Assembly (NCBI GenBank): GCA_963678315.1
Contig: OY782781.1
Span: forward strand, 736,001-800,000
DNA length: 64,000 nt
Origin: Candidatus Cloacimonadales bacterium
GTDB taxonomy: Bacteria; Cloacimonadota; Cloacimonadia; Cloacimonadales; JAFGVF01
Direction of reading: 5' to 3'
Under the pieces are notes generated by a model that saw only the letters and a list, made by a program, of their open reading frames with translations, had not been told where the DNA came from and did not search any database. Both the position numbers and the translations under genes were made by a program. Positions 63,230 through 64,000 of the stretch are shown piece after piece. Every line of letters starts with the position of its first letter. Position 1 is the stretch's first letter.

Positions 63230-63281
63230 TTTTTTTTAAAAATGATGAATGATGAATTTAAGATAAATTGAGCGAGCTGTT

Positions 63282-63358
63282 GCGGGAGTAGCTCAGTTGG
63301 CTAGAGCATCAGCCTTCCAAGCTGAGGGTCGCGGGTTCGAATCCCGTTTCCCGCTCCA
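63282..63358 (+). tRNA. tRNA-Gly(TCC)
   Basis: GCGGGAG...TTCCCGCTCCA; loop CTTCCAA. Confidence 0.96.
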
Positions 63359-63368
63359 TTCAATGCAG

Positions 63369-63444
<76 letters not shown>

Positions 63445-63625
63445 CGCATTCAAATACTACTAAATTTTAAAATCCCCCTCTTAAGATATTAAGACTGGGA
63501 AGACTTTAAAATTATAGTTGAAAATAAGGGAAGACCGCAGAAGTGCGGTATATTTGCGTTATATGCAAGTATCCCTGTTGCCAAAATATAAAATAAAAAA
63601 AAGATAACTAAATCCGGGAGGAAAC

Positions 63626-64000
63626 ATGGCAAAGGAAAAATTTGTACGTACTAAACCTCACGTTAATGTTGGTACTATCGGTCACGTTGACCACGGTAAA
63701 ACAACTTTAACTGCTGCGTTGACATTATATTTAAGTAAGAAAAACGGTGCTGAATTCAGATCATTTGATTCAATTGATAACGCACCTGAAGAAAAAGAAC
63801 GTGGTATCACTATTGCTACTGCTCACGTTGAATACGAATCAGAAATTCGTCACTATGCTCACGTTGACTGTCCTGGTCACGCTGACTACGTTAAAAACAT
63901 GATTACTGGTGCTGCTCAAATGGACGGTGCTATTCTTGTTGTTAGTGCTGCAGACGGTCCAATGCCACAAACAAGAGAACACATCCTTCTTGCAAAGCAA
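63626..64000 (+). CDS. tuf: Elongation factor Tu (5' part, runs off the window)
   Basis: [29 protein letters not shown]...[31 protein letters not shown]. Confidence 0.98.
   Translation, partial: MAKEKFVRTKPHVNVGTIGHVDHGKTTLTAALTLYLSKKNGAEFRSFDSIDNAPEEKERGITIATAHVEYESEIRHYAHVDCPGHADYVKNMITGAAQMDGAILVVSAADGPMPQTREHILLAKQ

Noticed and set aside
62576..63271. ORFs 62576-62758, 62819-63058, 63008-63271 and 63045-63230
   Set aside because: AT-rich promoter DNA or overlap with tRNA genes

Overview
AT-rich bacterial chromosomal window, probably FCB group / Candidatus Cloacimonadota-like (inferred from a secreted protein with an LPVE motif and FlgD-Ig/T9SS-type C-terminus; not proven). Left to right: minus-strand pgpA, a SurA-like PPIase and a lipoprotein; a 425-bp intergenic region with many DnaA boxes and DnaA-trios where gene orientation switches (likely oriC, with no dnaA nearby); a CCA-adding enzyme and a class II aldolase; a ~36-kb Wzx/Wzy surface-polysaccharide locus (rfbB, nucleotide-sugar dehydrogenase, ACP/2xFabH/FabG acyl module, wbjBCD, legB/legC-like genes, GNATs, CapK-like ligase, atypical SHMT/transaldolase-like gene, priming transferase, wecB, VanZ); then rsgA-nadK-recN, nfeD-SPFH-eno, DUF2089/DUF4097, a SNF2 helicase, a REP-flanked HUH tyrosine transposase (RAYT), a PTS-IIA/antiporter pair, and the tRNA Thr-Tyr-Gly-Thr cluster with the start of tuf. 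The strongest candidate for an undescribed system is four GxxExxY (PD-(D/E)XK-like) genes in the polysaccharide operon. Each is bracketed by ~9-bp-periodic, sometimes nested inverted repeats whose subtype tracks the protein subtype, and there are gene-less empty copies and one frameshifted, decaying copy. Intergenic DNA also carries mosaics of REP-like palindromes related to the RAYT flanks. All calls are by eye; no searches were run.
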